A DNA stretch of 64,000 nucleotides, taken from positions 320,001-384,000 of the forward strand of contig CAWCVB010000006.1 of assembly GCA_963798915.1 (NCBI GenBank), read 5' to 3'. Below are positions 50,901 to 59,314 of the stretch, one piece after another. How positions within the stretch are numbered: the first letter of the stretch is position 1; every line of letters begins with the position of its first letter. This stretch comes from an uncultured Gemmatimonadales bacterium. Lineage in GTDB: Bacteria > Gemmatimonadota > Gemmatimonadetes > Gemmatimonadales > GWC2-71-9. The position numbers and the translations under genes are program-made. The notes beneath the pieces are model-generated. The model was not told the origin of the DNA. It saw only the letters and a program-made list of their open reading frames with translations, and did not search any database.

Positions 50901-51191
50901 CCCCCGCCTCCAGCCGGCGAAATGCTCGAGCCAGTCTGCCGTCGCTTCGGTCGTCAGCCCGCGCGCAGCCCGTCTGCCCTGGAACAGCGCGAAGGCGAGG
51001 GCCATGGCAGCCACTCCCCAGGCGGCCGGAATCCACAGGGGCGCTCTGATTGCACCAGATCTGGCAAGCCAGGCGGTCAGGCCCAGTGCCAGAAGGGCCA
51101 TGCCCGCGCCGGTGCCGGTCCAGCCAGCCGCACTCCGTCGCCGGAGCGGGCGGGCCAGCCGCGAAAGCTGCTCGACCGTCCTGCCACTCAT
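47946..51191 (-). CDS. DUF4175-like membrane protein with long coiled coil
   Basis: N-terminal TMs, Ig-like segments, Gln/Ala/Glu-rich coiled coil and C-terminal RQQQLFRRMLDA. Confidence 0.75.
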   Translation of the reverse strand: MSGRTVEQLSRLARPLRRRSAAGWTGTGAGMALLALGLTAWLARSGAIRAPLWIPAAWGVAAMALAFALFQGRRAARGLTTEATADWLEHFAGWRRGRLSGLLQPALAGTSNALRELADSQSSQAISTRGMPALAPLAAPVRRRLLAGSILLAAGSALLISARPWRAPAARVWHPARALLDAAKPVRLTANAAAVDRGDSVTFSIQAPGRASAALFTRAPGDTWVTTELTLSPEGRASWRVGPLESDLYAHATSGGRGSDTVHVTVRLPAFLGALSVTAHYPSYLHLADEPLPVSGDTILLPVGTHLLTRGEATAALSEAEWRIGTVRVPLVVERERFRGEFMPRAAGLYTLGLRSADGGALGGDTARLALRLVADSVPVVTIPVPGADTLAPLSMRLPLVIDAHDDHAVMSARLRLRRGSIVRMDTVAVPGQPEHAILAHELDLRSAGAMPGDTIFYQMIVADNAPGHQVGRSREYQIRIPTMGELREAQRATARAMATSLDSLVQRSADVARRTEDLSRERTRAETSASGPDPALSFEQAKQAQALAEATESLVQQSEQLKEALDALRQAAEQAGTTDPEFQKRLAEVREQLAKALTPEMRAKLAELKLALKNLDAEQARRALQDLTDAQGKLKDALERSRELFKRAALEGELASLSEEARDLAKAQDRWNAGAPTADSAQAAGQEQQLAGRTDSLGSRLADAAGQLDSSAARAALEEAAKQAAQAAAEMQRAGQQMQQGNRASAQQHGKRASGMLGPLSGQMDQARNAAQQRWREEVKKALDQALAETSRISGQELALSAALDGGGDPAMLRATQVALEDALERVAVRIREVSGKNALVSPQIGVALAMAGTQMASAREAISTANANLPAGADRAGSAVDALNAAAYMMVRSRDEVAGSASGSGMGEAMERMSQLAGQQGQVGQQTASLLPMPGQGAGQPLMQQLAAQQRAIAQELERMRAQGNMPGAGSFAQEAQELARRLAAGRVDRQTVERQQQLFRRMLDAGRTLQGEERDEQKERQSTTAREGNVQLPPALRERLEGSGAPRFPSWEELQRLSPEDRRLVIDYFRRLAEGRLP

Positions 51192-51868
51192 CCGCCGTAG
51201 CCCACGGCGTAGGCGAACAGATTCACCCCCATGCGCAGGGCGGCCTCGCGCTTCTCGGGCGGGTCATGGTGGACGTCGGGGTCTTCCCAGCCGTCGCCGA
51301 GATCACTTTCGTAGGAGTAGTACACGACCAGTCGGCCATCGAGAAAAATGCCAAAGCCCTGCGCTGGCTTGCCGTCGTGCTCGTGGATCTTGGGTATTCC
51401 GTCCGGCATCTCATAGATCAGGTGGTAAATCGGGTGATTCAGCGGGACTTCTTCCAGTTGGTGCTCGGGAAAGAGACGATTGAGCTCGCGTCGGATGGAA
51501 ACGTCCATGCCGTAGTTATCGTCAGCGTGGAGGAAGCCGCCACGGCGCAGGTACTGGCGCAATGTGGCCAGCTGCGGGTCGCTGAAGTGCACGTTGCCGT
51601 GCCCTGTCATGTAGATATATGGGACGTTCCAGAGATCATCGGCGTCAAGCGTGACGACCTGTTCGGCGGGAGCCGTCCGCAGCGCGGTGCGGGTCCGGAC
51701 CGCCGCCAGCAGGTTGGGCAAGCTCGAGGGATTCGCGTACCAGTCGCCGCCACCGTCGTAGTGCAACCGGCCTACCGTCAGGTCGGTGCCGCTCTCCTGC
51801 GCCATGGCAACCCCGGGTGCAACCGCGAGACAGGCCACGACGGAAATCCAGGCAATTCGAGCCATCAC
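51188..51868 (-). CDS. DUF4159 domain protein
   Basis: YDGGGDWY, YMTGHG, GGFLHADDNYG and DLGDGWED. Confidence 0.88.
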   Translation of the reverse strand: MMARIAWISVVACLAVAPGVAMAQESGTDLTVGRLHYDGGGDWYANPSSLPNLLAAVRTRTALRTAPAEQVVTLDADDLWNVPYIYMTGHGNVHFSDPQLATLRQYLRRGGFLHADDNYGMDVSIRRELNRLFPEHQLEEVPLNHPIYHLIYEMPDGIPKIHEHDGKPAQGFGIFLDGRLVVYYSYESDLGDGWEDPDVHHDPPEKREAALRMGVNLFAYAVGYGG

Positions 51869-52713
51869 GTACCCCGATCAGTCTCCAGGTCATTCACGAG
51901 GCGGTACGCTTCGTTACGCGGCCACCCGAGCGCTGCTGCGACTGTCGCCGCCACATCCTTTCGGCTGGCGCCGCGCGCCAGCAGCATCCGCGCATGCTCC
52001 TCCGCAGCCGCCCGATCCCGCGGCCCCTCGGGCGCCGCGTCGGCTGCACCCAGCACCAGCGTGACCTCTCCACGCGGAGGGACGCTGGTGTAGTGCTGCA
52101 GCAGCGCCTCCAGGCCCTCCGTACGGATTTCCTCGTGGATTTTCGTCAGCTCACGTGCCACCGCCGCCGGCCGGTTCGGTCCCGCAACGCGGACGAGGTC
52201 CTCCAGAAGCCCGACCAGCCGCCCCGGGGCCTCGAAGAACACCACAGGCCACGGTTCCGAGACGGCTCGCTCGAGGAGTCGCTGGCGCTCCGGCCCCTTG
52301 CGAGGCAGAAAACCAAGAAAGAGATACCGATCGCCGCCCAGTCCGCACCCCGAGAGCGCAGTTGCAACGGCGGACGGCCCTGGAATGGGGACGACTGTGT
52401 GACCCGCGGCGCGCACCGACTGGACCAGGTCAGCCCCTGGGTCGCTGATCAGCGGCGTGCCGGCATCTGAAACGATTGCCAGGTCGTGACCCTGCTCGAG
52501 CAGAGCCAGCAGCCCGGCGACCCGCGACGCGGGTGAATGGGCGTGGAAGGAGAGGAGACGGGGACTGGCGCCCAAATGGGTCAGGAGATGGCGGGTGCGC
52601 CGGGTGTCCTCCGCAGCCACAACGGGAACCTGGCGGAGGACCGCCGCGGCGCGCGCGGACAGGTCCTCAAGGTTGCCGAGCGGGGTGGCAACGACGTAAA
52701 GCGTTGCACTCAC
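51865..52713 (-). CDS. rsmI: 16S rRNA (cytidine-2'-O)-methyltransferase
   Basis: LYVVATPLGNLED, AEDTR, SDAGTPLISDPG and RELTKIHEE. Confidence 0.96.
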   Translation of the reverse strand: MSATLYVVATPLGNLEDLSARAAAVLRQVPVVAAEDTRRTRHLLTHLGASPRLLSFHAHSPASRVAGLLALLEQGHDLAIVSDAGTPLISDPGADLVQSVRAAGHTVVPIPGPSAVATALSGCGLGGDRYLFLGFLPRKGPERQRLLERAVSEPWPVVFFEAPGRLVGLLEDLVRVAGPNRPAAVARELTKIHEEIRTEGLEALLQHYTSVPPRGEVTLVLGAADAAPEGPRDRAAAEEHARMLLARGASRKDVAATVAAALGWPRNEAYRLVNDLETDRGT

Positions 52714-53048
52714 CCCAGGTGCTTTGTGATTCGCTCCAGCAGTGTGGCCTTGGGAACGGCACCGACCACCGTATCGACGTGCCGGCCATCACGGAAGAAG
52801 AGAATGCTTGGAATGGACCGGACGTTGAACCGCTGGGTGATGCTCTGATTGGCGTCCACGTCGACCTTGGCCACGCGCAGCTTGCCCGCATGCTCAGCGG
52901 CCAGCTGTTCGAGGACCGGCGCGATGGCTTGGCACGGTCCACACCATGTCGCCCAGAAATCGACCAGCACAAGCCCGGCGGCCTGTTCCACCTCGGCGGC
53001 GAACGTGTCATCGGTGACGTGCGCGATCTGGGTGTTGGTTGCGCTCAT
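52710..53048 (-). CDS. trxA: thioredoxin
   Basis: DFWATWCGPC and VRSIP. Confidence 0.96.
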   Translation of the reverse strand: MSATNTQIAHVTDDTFAAEVEQAAGLVLVDFWATWCGPCQAIAPVLEQLAAEHAGKLRVAKVDVDANQSITQRFNVRSIPSILFFRDGRHVDTVVGAVPKATLLERITKHLG

Positions 53049-53152
53049 CCTGTTATTCTCCAGTCTGGTACTGGCCGCAGTGCGGCCGGTTCTGAAAATG
53101 AACGGAGCCACGGTGACCGCCCGGGCTCCGAAACTCCTGCAAGGAGACGCCG

Positions 53153-53548
53153 GTGACCTCCGCGCCTCGCATCGCGCACGTCGGCATTGCCGTCCCGGAT
53201 CTCGAGGCGGCCGCCGGATTCTATCGCGACGTGCTCGGACTCAAGGCCCATCCGCCGGAACAGGCTGATGGCGCCGACATCATGAGCTTCTCGCTGGGCG
53301 AGTCGGCGATTGAGCTCTTGGCGCCGAGGGATCCGGACAGTCCGATCGGGCGGTTCCTGGCCCGGCGAGGCTCGGGCATTCATCACGTCTGCTACCGCGT
53401 TCCCGATCTGGATGCTGCCCTGGACGCATGCCGGGCGCTCGGCTACCGACTCGTCGACGAAGCGCCCCGGAGCGGCGCCGGCGGCTGCCGGATCGCCTTC
53501 CTGCATCCGCGCTCGACCGCCGGCATCCTGATCGAACTCACTGAATGA
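53153..53548 (+). CDS. mce: methylmalonyl-CoA epimerase (VOC family)
   Basis: HVGIAV, IELL, GIHHVCY and FLHPRSTAGILIEL. Confidence 0.88.
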   Translation: MTSAPRIAHVGIAVPDLEAAAGFYRDVLGLKAHPPEQADGADIMSFSLGESAIELLAPRDPDSPIGRFLARRGSGIHHVCYRVPDLDAALDACRALGYRLVDEAPRSGAGGCRIAFLHPRSTAGILIELTE

Positions 53549-53569
53549 ATAACGCCGATGGGTTCCCGG

Positions 53570-54040
53570 CTACTGGCTGGCGGTCGAGTCAGCGACTCCG
53601 CACCGGCGGGCCGGGCTGCCCAATGCGTCCAGATCGACCGACGAGACGACCCAGCCCTTGCCGGTACGGATCGCCGTGAAGGGCACGACCTCGTCACAGC
53701 TCCCCCTGGTCAGCTCGACCCGGAGCACCCGGCGATCGCGATGCTCGCTGTCCACCGTATTGGAAATGATCCGGAAATCGGAACCGCGGAGATAGGCCTG
53801 CATCACCACGATGCGGCGTTCGTAGTCGCTGGGCTGGTGCGTGGCGGCCGCCGGCCCCTTGGAGGTGCCCCAGAACTGCGCCATCTTGTCGAGGTTGCTG
53901 TCCGCAACCGCTCGCAAAAGACCCTGAACTGCCGCTTCCGACCCGGCCTGGGGGCTCAAGTCCTGGGCGGACGATGTCGCGGCGCCTCCGCAGGCAACGA
54001 CCAGCAGAGTGGTGGCAATGCTCAGGATGCGGTGGGACAC
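53570..54040 (-). CDS. hypothetical lipoprotein
   Basis: GTG start after GGAG; lipobox VVAC. Confidence 0.7.
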   Translation of the reverse strand: MSHRILSIATTLLVVACGGAATSSAQDLSPQAGSEAAVQGLLRAVADSNLDKMAQFWGTSKGPAAATHQPSDYERRIVVMQAYLRGSDFRIISNTVDSEHRDRRVLRVELTRGSCDEVVPFTAIRTGKGWVVSSVDLDALGSPARRCGVADSTASQ

Positions 54041-54106
54041 GTGAGTCTCCGGGCAGAAAGCTAGTGGCGAAGATAATCGAACGTGAAACCTGCTAACAAC
54101 CGGGCG

Positions 54107-54811
54107 ATGCGCCTCTATATCAATGTCGACCATGTGGCCACCGTGCGTCAGGCACGGCGCACCGACGAACCCGACCCGGTGGACGCCGCCCGCCTGGCCG
54201 AGGCGGCGGGTGCCGACGGGATCACCGCACATTTGCGGGAAGACCGCCGTCACATCCAGGATGAGGACGTGAACCGGCTTGCAAAGGCCGTGCGCACTGT
54301 GCTGAACCTGGAGCTGGCCAGTGCAGCACCGATGGTGGAATTCGCCTGTCAGCTCCGTCCTTTTCAGGCGACGCTTGTACCCGAACGTCGTGAAGAAGTG
54401 ACAACGGAGGGGGGGCTGGACCTCGCCACGCCATCGGACGTGCTGCGGCAGGCTATCGAGCGTCTTGCCGGGAGCGGCATCCGGGTCTCGCTGTTCATCG
54501 ATCCGACCGGTCCCGCTATTGAGGCGGCGGCCGGGCTCGGCGTGCCGGCCGTCGAGTTGCACACCGGCCGCTACGCCAACAGCTGGCGTACCTCGCCGGC
54601 CGCGCTGAATGAACTCCGGCAGGCAGCTGATCTGGCGCGTGATAAAGGACTCGCTGTCCACGCGGGCCACGGGTTGACGTATGCCAACGTGCGGCCCGTC
54701 GCCCAGATCGACGCGATCGAAGAGCTCAATATCGGTCACAGCGTGGTGAGCCGCGCCCTGATGGTGGGCATGGGCGAGGCCGTCGCCGAGATGGCCAGGC
54801 TGGTGCGTTGA
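54107..54811 (+). CDS. pdxJ: pyridoxine 5'-phosphate synthase
   Basis: [33 protein letters not shown] and ELNIGH. Confidence 0.97.
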   Translation: MRLYINVDHVATVRQARRTDEPDPVDAARLAEAAGADGITAHLREDRRHIQDEDVNRLAKAVRTVLNLELASAAPMVEFACQLRPFQATLVPERREEVTTEGGLDLATPSDVLRQAIERLAGSGIRVSLFIDPTGPAIEAAAGLGVPAVELHTGRYANSWRTSPAALNELRQAADLARDKGLAVHAGHGLTYANVRPVAQIDAIEELNIGHSVVSRALMVGMGEAVAEMARLVR

Positions 54812-54872
54812 TTCTGCCGGAGCGCAGTCATACTCTACGGACCGTAACGACCCACTTCACTTCCGAGGTCAC

Positions 54873-56576
54873 ATGAGTGCCCCGCTCGGCTCAGCTGATT
54901 TCTTCGCCCTGGAAGCTGGTGAGTGCCTGGATCAGCTCGAGATGCTCATCGCCCAGCCCGAGACGGGCGACGCGTCGCAGATGCTGCGTTACGCGCGCGC
55001 CCTGCGCGGGTCGGCGCTCATGGCCAATCAGACTTCGCTGGCGCGGGCGGCGGCCGGCTTCGAGGCCCTCGCCCGGGCTGTGCGAGACGGCAAGCGTTCG
55101 CTCGATGCGGTCGCGCGGGAGCGGGCGAGTCAAGCGGTGGATGACGTTCGACATCTTGTTCGGCGCGTCAAGGAATGGACCCCGAACGACGAGGCGCGCT
55201 CCAACCGGATTGCGAGTGAACTGGCGGCGCTGGCCGGTGGGGAGGTGCGAGATCCCCGCCAGGCGCCGGCACCGGCCGGACCGCCGCAGGCGCAGACCGG
55301 CGTTCGAGCCTTTGTCGCCAGGGAAGGCGCGCTGGTGGCAAGCGCTCTCGATCGCGCCGCCCGGTCGCTGGAGAGCACGCCGGAAGCCCGAGAGCCGCTC
55401 TATGCTGTCCTCCGCAGGATGCAGTCGCTTCGCGGCCTGGCCGAACTGGGCGAGCTGACGCCTCTGCCCGAAGTGCTCGACGGCATCGAATTGGCCGTCG
55501 GGGACCTGACCCGGCTGTTCGCACCGCCGCCGGGCGTTCCAGAGCTTCTCGATGCTGCCGCGGCCGCCCTCACGCGGATTGCCCGGGATGTGGCAGAGCG
55601 CGGCACGCCGGATCCAGCGGCGAGCGAGCCGCAGCTTTTCACCGACAGATTGCTCCGCGCCTTTGCGAGCGAGGCGGACGTGATCCCGGTGACCGAACTG
55701 CTCGATACCAGCCTGGGCGACGCGATCGTCCGTTCGGCTGCCCAACCTCAGTTCGCCGCACCGTCCCCGCTTGGCGCGGTTGAGCTCGTCAGTCACGGCG
55801 AGCACCTCGCGCAGTCCGCCGAGCAGCTCATGAATGCCCCGTCGAGCACAGCCCGCGACCTCAGGCTGTATGCGCTCGTCCCCGCTTTCCGCGCCGCGTC
55901 AGCGCCGGGCCGCGATCCCCTCACCCGTGCCCTCGCGCGACTGGCAACTGCGGCCTGCGGCGCCATCGCCGACGGCAGCGCAGCGGCCAACCTCAGTCAG
56001 TTTGCCGAGCAGCTGCGTTCGGCCGGGAGTGTGCTGCGGGGCGTCGCAGGCGAGGGACCGAGTGCGAGTCTCGCCGCCAGGCTGGACGTGATCACGGCGG
56101 CCCTGACCGGTGCCTCAGCCATAGAGATCGTCGAGACGTCGGGGAAGGAGGTCTCGCGCGCGCGCGCCGAGGATTCAGGCGTCGTCGCGATCGAGTCGCT
56201 CGCCTATGACGGGCAGTCGGTCATCCAGCCGCTCGCCGTGCCGGAGCCGGTTCCCGACCTCGTGTCTGCTCCGCCAGCTGAAGCCGAGGTGGTCTCGGTC
56301 CTGGCGCTGGCTCCCACAAATCACCTGCCGCTTGAGGCAGCGTTCACGCGCTATCATCAGCTGATCGCCACGGTGCCGGCGACCTCTTCCGGCCGGGAGA
56401 TGCCCCTGGTCGACATCATGAGCCTCTGCTATGCCGGGCGGGCAGCGCTGGAGCGTGCGGATCAACTGCGATCCGAGATTGCCTCGCGGCTGTCGCGCGA
56501 GCCCGCGCTGGCAGCAGTCGAGCCGCTGCTCCGTGAACTGCTGGATCTCGTACCCCTCGCCATGCAGCCGGTGTGA
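54873..56576 (+). CDS. protein with tandem degenerate HPt-like domains
   Basis: FFALEAGECL...RYARALRGSALMA and RRMQSLRGLA follow the HPt pattern HxLKG but lack the His. Confidence 0.7.
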   Translation: MSAPLGSADFFALEAGECLDQLEMLIAQPETGDASQMLRYARALRGSALMANQTSLARAAAGFEALARAVRDGKRSLDAVARERASQAVDDVRHLVRRVKEWTPNDEARSNRIASELAALAGGEVRDPRQAPAPAGPPQAQTGVRAFVAREGALVASALDRAARSLESTPEAREPLYAVLRRMQSLRGLAELGELTPLPEVLDGIELAVGDLTRLFAPPPGVPELLDAAAAALTRIARDVAERGTPDPAASEPQLFTDRLLRAFASEADVIPVTELLDTSLGDAIVRSAAQPQFAAPSPLGAVELVSHGEHLAQSAEQLMNAPSSTARDLRLYALVPAFRAASAPGRDPLTRALARLATAACGAIADGSAAANLSQFAEQLRSAGSVLRGVAGEGPSASLAARLDVITAALTGASAIEIVETSGKEVSRARAEDSGVVAIESLAYDGQSVIQPLAVPEPVPDLVSAPPAEAEVVSVLALAPTNHLPLEAAFTRYHQLIATVPATSSGREMPLVDIMSLCYAGRAALERADQLRSEIASRLSREPALAAVEPLLRELLDLVPLAMQPV

Positions 56577-57592
56577 TCGGTACAAGCCGCCGCTCCTGGT
56601 TGGCCCTCGGCGCCGGCGTTCTCCTCGCCGGCGTCCTGCTCTGGTGGGTGCTGCGCGACGTCCACTGGGACGACCTGCGGACCCAGCTGGCCCTGGCACA
56701 TCCGGCGCTCATCGTCCTCGCAGTGTGCCTGGCCACGGCAACCTTCCCGCTTCGGGTAGTCCGGTGGCGTCTCCTGCTCCGGCGCGATGACGATGCGCCC
56801 CTGGAGTCACTCGCGCTCTGGCACGCCACGGCAATCGGGTTCATGGCCAACAACATCCTGCCATTCCGGATGGGTGAGGTCATGCGCACCTTCGCCGCGA
56901 GCAGGCTTGCGGGCGCACGTTTTTCCGCGGCACTCTCCAGCATTGCCGTCGAACGGGTGTTCGATGCCTTGACGGTTATCGGGATGCTGGCGCTCGGCCT
57001 GGTGCTGGCGGGACTGCCTGGCAACGTCGAGATCTTCGGCACGCCTGTGGCCCGGGTCGCGACCCTCTCGGGGGTCGCGGTGAGCGTGCTGCTGCTGCTG
57101 GCCCTTGCCGTCGTGAGCTTCCCCCTCGCGGCAGAACGGCTCATTCGCCAGCTGGTTCCATCGGAGGCGTTCGCGGCCCGACTGATCAATCTGGTCGAGG
57201 GAATCCGCCACGGCCTCGGAGTGCTGCGCTCTCCCGGAAGGGTGGCAGCGGTGATCGCGTGGTCAGTGGTGATCTGGCTCGTAAACGCCGCGTCGTTCTG
57301 GGTGATGTTCCGGGCTTTTGGGTTACCGGTGGGTTTGCCCGGTGCTTGCCTCCTGCAGGGCGTCCTGGTGCTGGGAATTGCGGCGCCCACGACGCCGGGC
57401 TTCATCGGTGTTTTCGAAGCAATCATCAAGGCGGTGCTGCTTCTCTTTGGCGTCGGTGCGGACCGGGCGGTAGCCTACGCCGTCACCTATCACATCACCA
57501 CGTTTCTGCCCATCGTGCTTCTGGGCGCCTGGTCCCTTCTGCATACGTCAATGACATTCAGCGCGCTCCAGCAGGCCCCCGGCCGTGACTGA
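56573..57592 (+). CDS. lysylphosphatidylglycerol synthase TM-domain (flippase-like, UPF0104) protein
   Basis: RWRLLL, ANNILPFRMGEVMR, ERVFD and PGFIGVFE. Confidence 0.88.
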   Translation: MIGTSRRSWLALGAGVLLAGVLLWWVLRDVHWDDLRTQLALAHPALIVLAVCLATATFPLRVVRWRLLLRRDDDAPLESLALWHATAIGFMANNILPFRMGEVMRTFAASRLAGARFSAALSSIAVERVFDALTVIGMLALGLVLAGLPGNVEIFGTPVARVATLSGVAVSVLLLLALAVVSFPLAAERLIRQLVPSEAFAARLINLVEGIRHGLGVLRSPGRVAAVIAWSVVIWLVNAASFWVMFRAFGLPVGLPGACLLQGVLVLGIAAPTTPGFIGVFEAIIKAVLLLFGVGADRAVAYAVTYHITTFLPIVLLGAWSLLHTSMTFSALQQAPGRD

Positions 57593-58445
57593 CCGCGTGA
57601 GCGGAAGGGCATGCGCCAAGATCAACCTCTTCCTGAGGGTCTTCGGCCCGACTGTCGCTGGCTTTCACGGGATCGAGACGCTGTTCGCGCTGACGTCGCT
57701 GGCGGACGAACTGCATGCGGAGCGACGGGACGATCCGGGGGTCACGCTCGAGGTCTCCGGACATGACACCGGCCCCCCGGCCGCGAACCTCGCCGTTCGC
57801 GCTGCGCACCTGGTCCTCGACGCGACTGGGCATCGATTCGGCGTCCACCTGCAGTTGCTGAAGCGCATCCCGCCGGGGACAGGGCTGGGCGGCGGCTCAA
57901 GTGACGCAGCCCAGGCGCTGCTCCTCGTGAACAGGCTCGCCGGCAGCGCAGTGCCCCAGCACGAGCTGTTGCAGCTGGCGGCCCGGCTGGGAAGTGACGT
58001 GCCCTTCCTGCTCTCGGGGGCTCGTCTTGCGCTGGCCTGGCATCGGGGCGAGCGCATCCTGAGACTCCCGCCGTTGCCGCCCGCGGCCGGCATCATCCTT
58101 GTCCCGCCCATCGGCGTGGCTACGGCCGACGCCTATCGCTGGCTGGATGCGTCGCGTCGGGAGGCATCGCCCCGTGGGGCACTGGCGCTTGACCTGCCGG
58201 CGCTTGAAACATGGGGAGACATTGCGCGAATGGCTGGGAATGATTTCGAGTCAGCGGTCTTCGAACGGACGCCGGAGGTGCGGGCAGCCTTTGAACGGCT
58301 TGTTGCCACCGGACCGATGCTCTGCCGGATGTCCGGCTCCGGGTCGGCGGTGGTGGCGCTCTACCGCACGCCACGCGAACGCGACGACGCCCGCCTGATG
58401 CTCAGCCCGAAGCTGGGGCGGCTGGAGCCGGTAGACGTGGGCTGA
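57585..58445 (+). CDS. ispE: 4-(cytidine 5'-diphospho)-2-C-methyl-D-erythritol kinase
   Basis: AKINLFL, GLGGGSSDAA, LGSDVPF, NDFE and MSGSG. Confidence 0.96.
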   Translation: MTDRVSGRACAKINLFLRVFGPTVAGFHGIETLFALTSLADELHAERRDDPGVTLEVSGHDTGPPAANLAVRAAHLVLDATGHRFGVHLQLLKRIPPGTGLGGGSSDAAQALLLVNRLAGSAVPQHELLQLAARLGSDVPFLLSGARLALAWHRGERILRLPPLPPAAGIILVPPIGVATADAYRWLDASRREASPRGALALDLPALETWGDIARMAGNDFESAVFERTPEVRAAFERLVATGPMLCRMSGSGSAVVALYRTPRERDDARLMLSPKLGRLEPVDVG

Positions 58446-58481
58446 GCGCTGGTCCCGGATTAGCTTTGACCTGCTTGACGC

Positions 58482-58552
58482 TGGCCCTTCGTCTAATGGC
58501 AGGACATCGGACTTTGGATCCGAGAATGGTGGTTCGAATCCACCAGGGCCAA
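58482..58552 (+). tRNA. tRNA-Gln (TTG)
   Basis: Acceptor TGGCCCT/AGGGCCA; anticodon arm TCGGA-CTTTGGA-TCCGA; GTTCGAATC; usual position between ispE and prs. Confidence 0.95.
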
Positions 58553-58553
58553 T

Positions 58554-58591
58554 CACACGAAGGGCCGCCTCGCCGGGCGGCCCTTCGTGTG
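58554..58591. terminator. 16-bp perfect hairpin, probably a bidirectional terminator
   Basis: CACACGAAGGGCCGCC-6 nt-GGCGGCCCTTCGTGTG between the convergent tRNA-Gln and lipoprotein genes. Confidence 0.7.
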
Positions 58592-58613
58592 GTGCCTGGA
58601 GAAATGCCGGAGC

Positions 58614-59078
58614 TTACGGTATCGGCGTGGCGTGGACGGCCAGCACCACGTCATTGAAGTCCACGTCGCCGCCATCTTCGAAGTCGATGATCCAGTCCGG
58701 CGAAGCGCCGCTGAGCTGGAACGCCGGCGGCGCCTTGGTCTGGTCGGAAATGATCGAAAAATTCAGCTCGGTCCCGGCCGGATAGCCATTGGACGCCGAT
58801 CCAATCGTCCAGACCTTGCCGGCGCTCTCGTAGCAGCCGTCGGAGGTCAGTTCCCGGTTGACGGGCGATGTCACCGTGATGGTGGTGCCCTTGGCCGTGC
58901 AACTGGTGCCCGTCAATGTGATGGTGAAGTAGGAAGTCTCGGCGAGCGTCGGGCACTCCGCCGTCGAACCGGCCTGGTTGCACAGGCCCGTCTCCACCGG
59001 GTTCTTCGGACCGTCATTGCTGCACGCGACAGCCAAGGCCAAGGCTGCCGCTGCCACAATACCATGGGCTTGCCGCAT
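58614..59078 (-). CDS. lipoprotein with C-terminal LecB/DUF4114-like Ca-binding motif
   Basis: Lipobox AVAC; C-terminal FEDGGDVDFNDVV; GAGG RBS. Confidence 0.75.
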   Translation of the reverse strand: MRQAHGIVAAAALALAVACSNDGPKNPVETGLCNQAGSTAECPTLAETSYFTITLTGTSCTAKGTTITVTSPVNRELTSDGCYESAGKVWTIGSASNGYPAGTELNFSIISDQTKAPPAFQLSGASPDWIIDFEDGGDVDFNDVVLAVHATPIP

Positions 59079-59270
59079 TGGATGTGTCCTCGTTGAAATC
59101 GAGAAAGGCGCTCCACGACTCCCCTTCCCGGCGCCGTGGAGCGATGGGCCACTCCGCATCAATATCCCTATTTTCGCCGCTGCCCGCCAATCTTGCCAGT
59201 CCGTGGCAGGGTGTCCGTGACCCACCCCACCGCCCCACCGCATGCCTGCAACTCATGGCACCTGCACGAG

Positions 59271-59300
59271 TTGACCGCGCTGGTCGGGTGCTGTTATTTT
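59271..59300 (+). promoter_or_regulatory. putative sigma70 promoter of prs
   Basis: TTGACC-18 nt-TATTTT with extended TG, followed by a GGAGG RBS. Confidence 0.45.
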
Positions 59301-59314
59301 GGAGGGCTATAACC

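Noticed and set aside
54041..54739. Long N-terminal part of ORF 53570..54739
   Set aside because: Antisense to pdxJ; the real gene starts at GTG 54040 with an RBS and lipobox.
58482..59314. Integrative element at tRNA-Gln
   Set aside because: No integrase and no duplicated tRNA 3' end; only one inserted gene.
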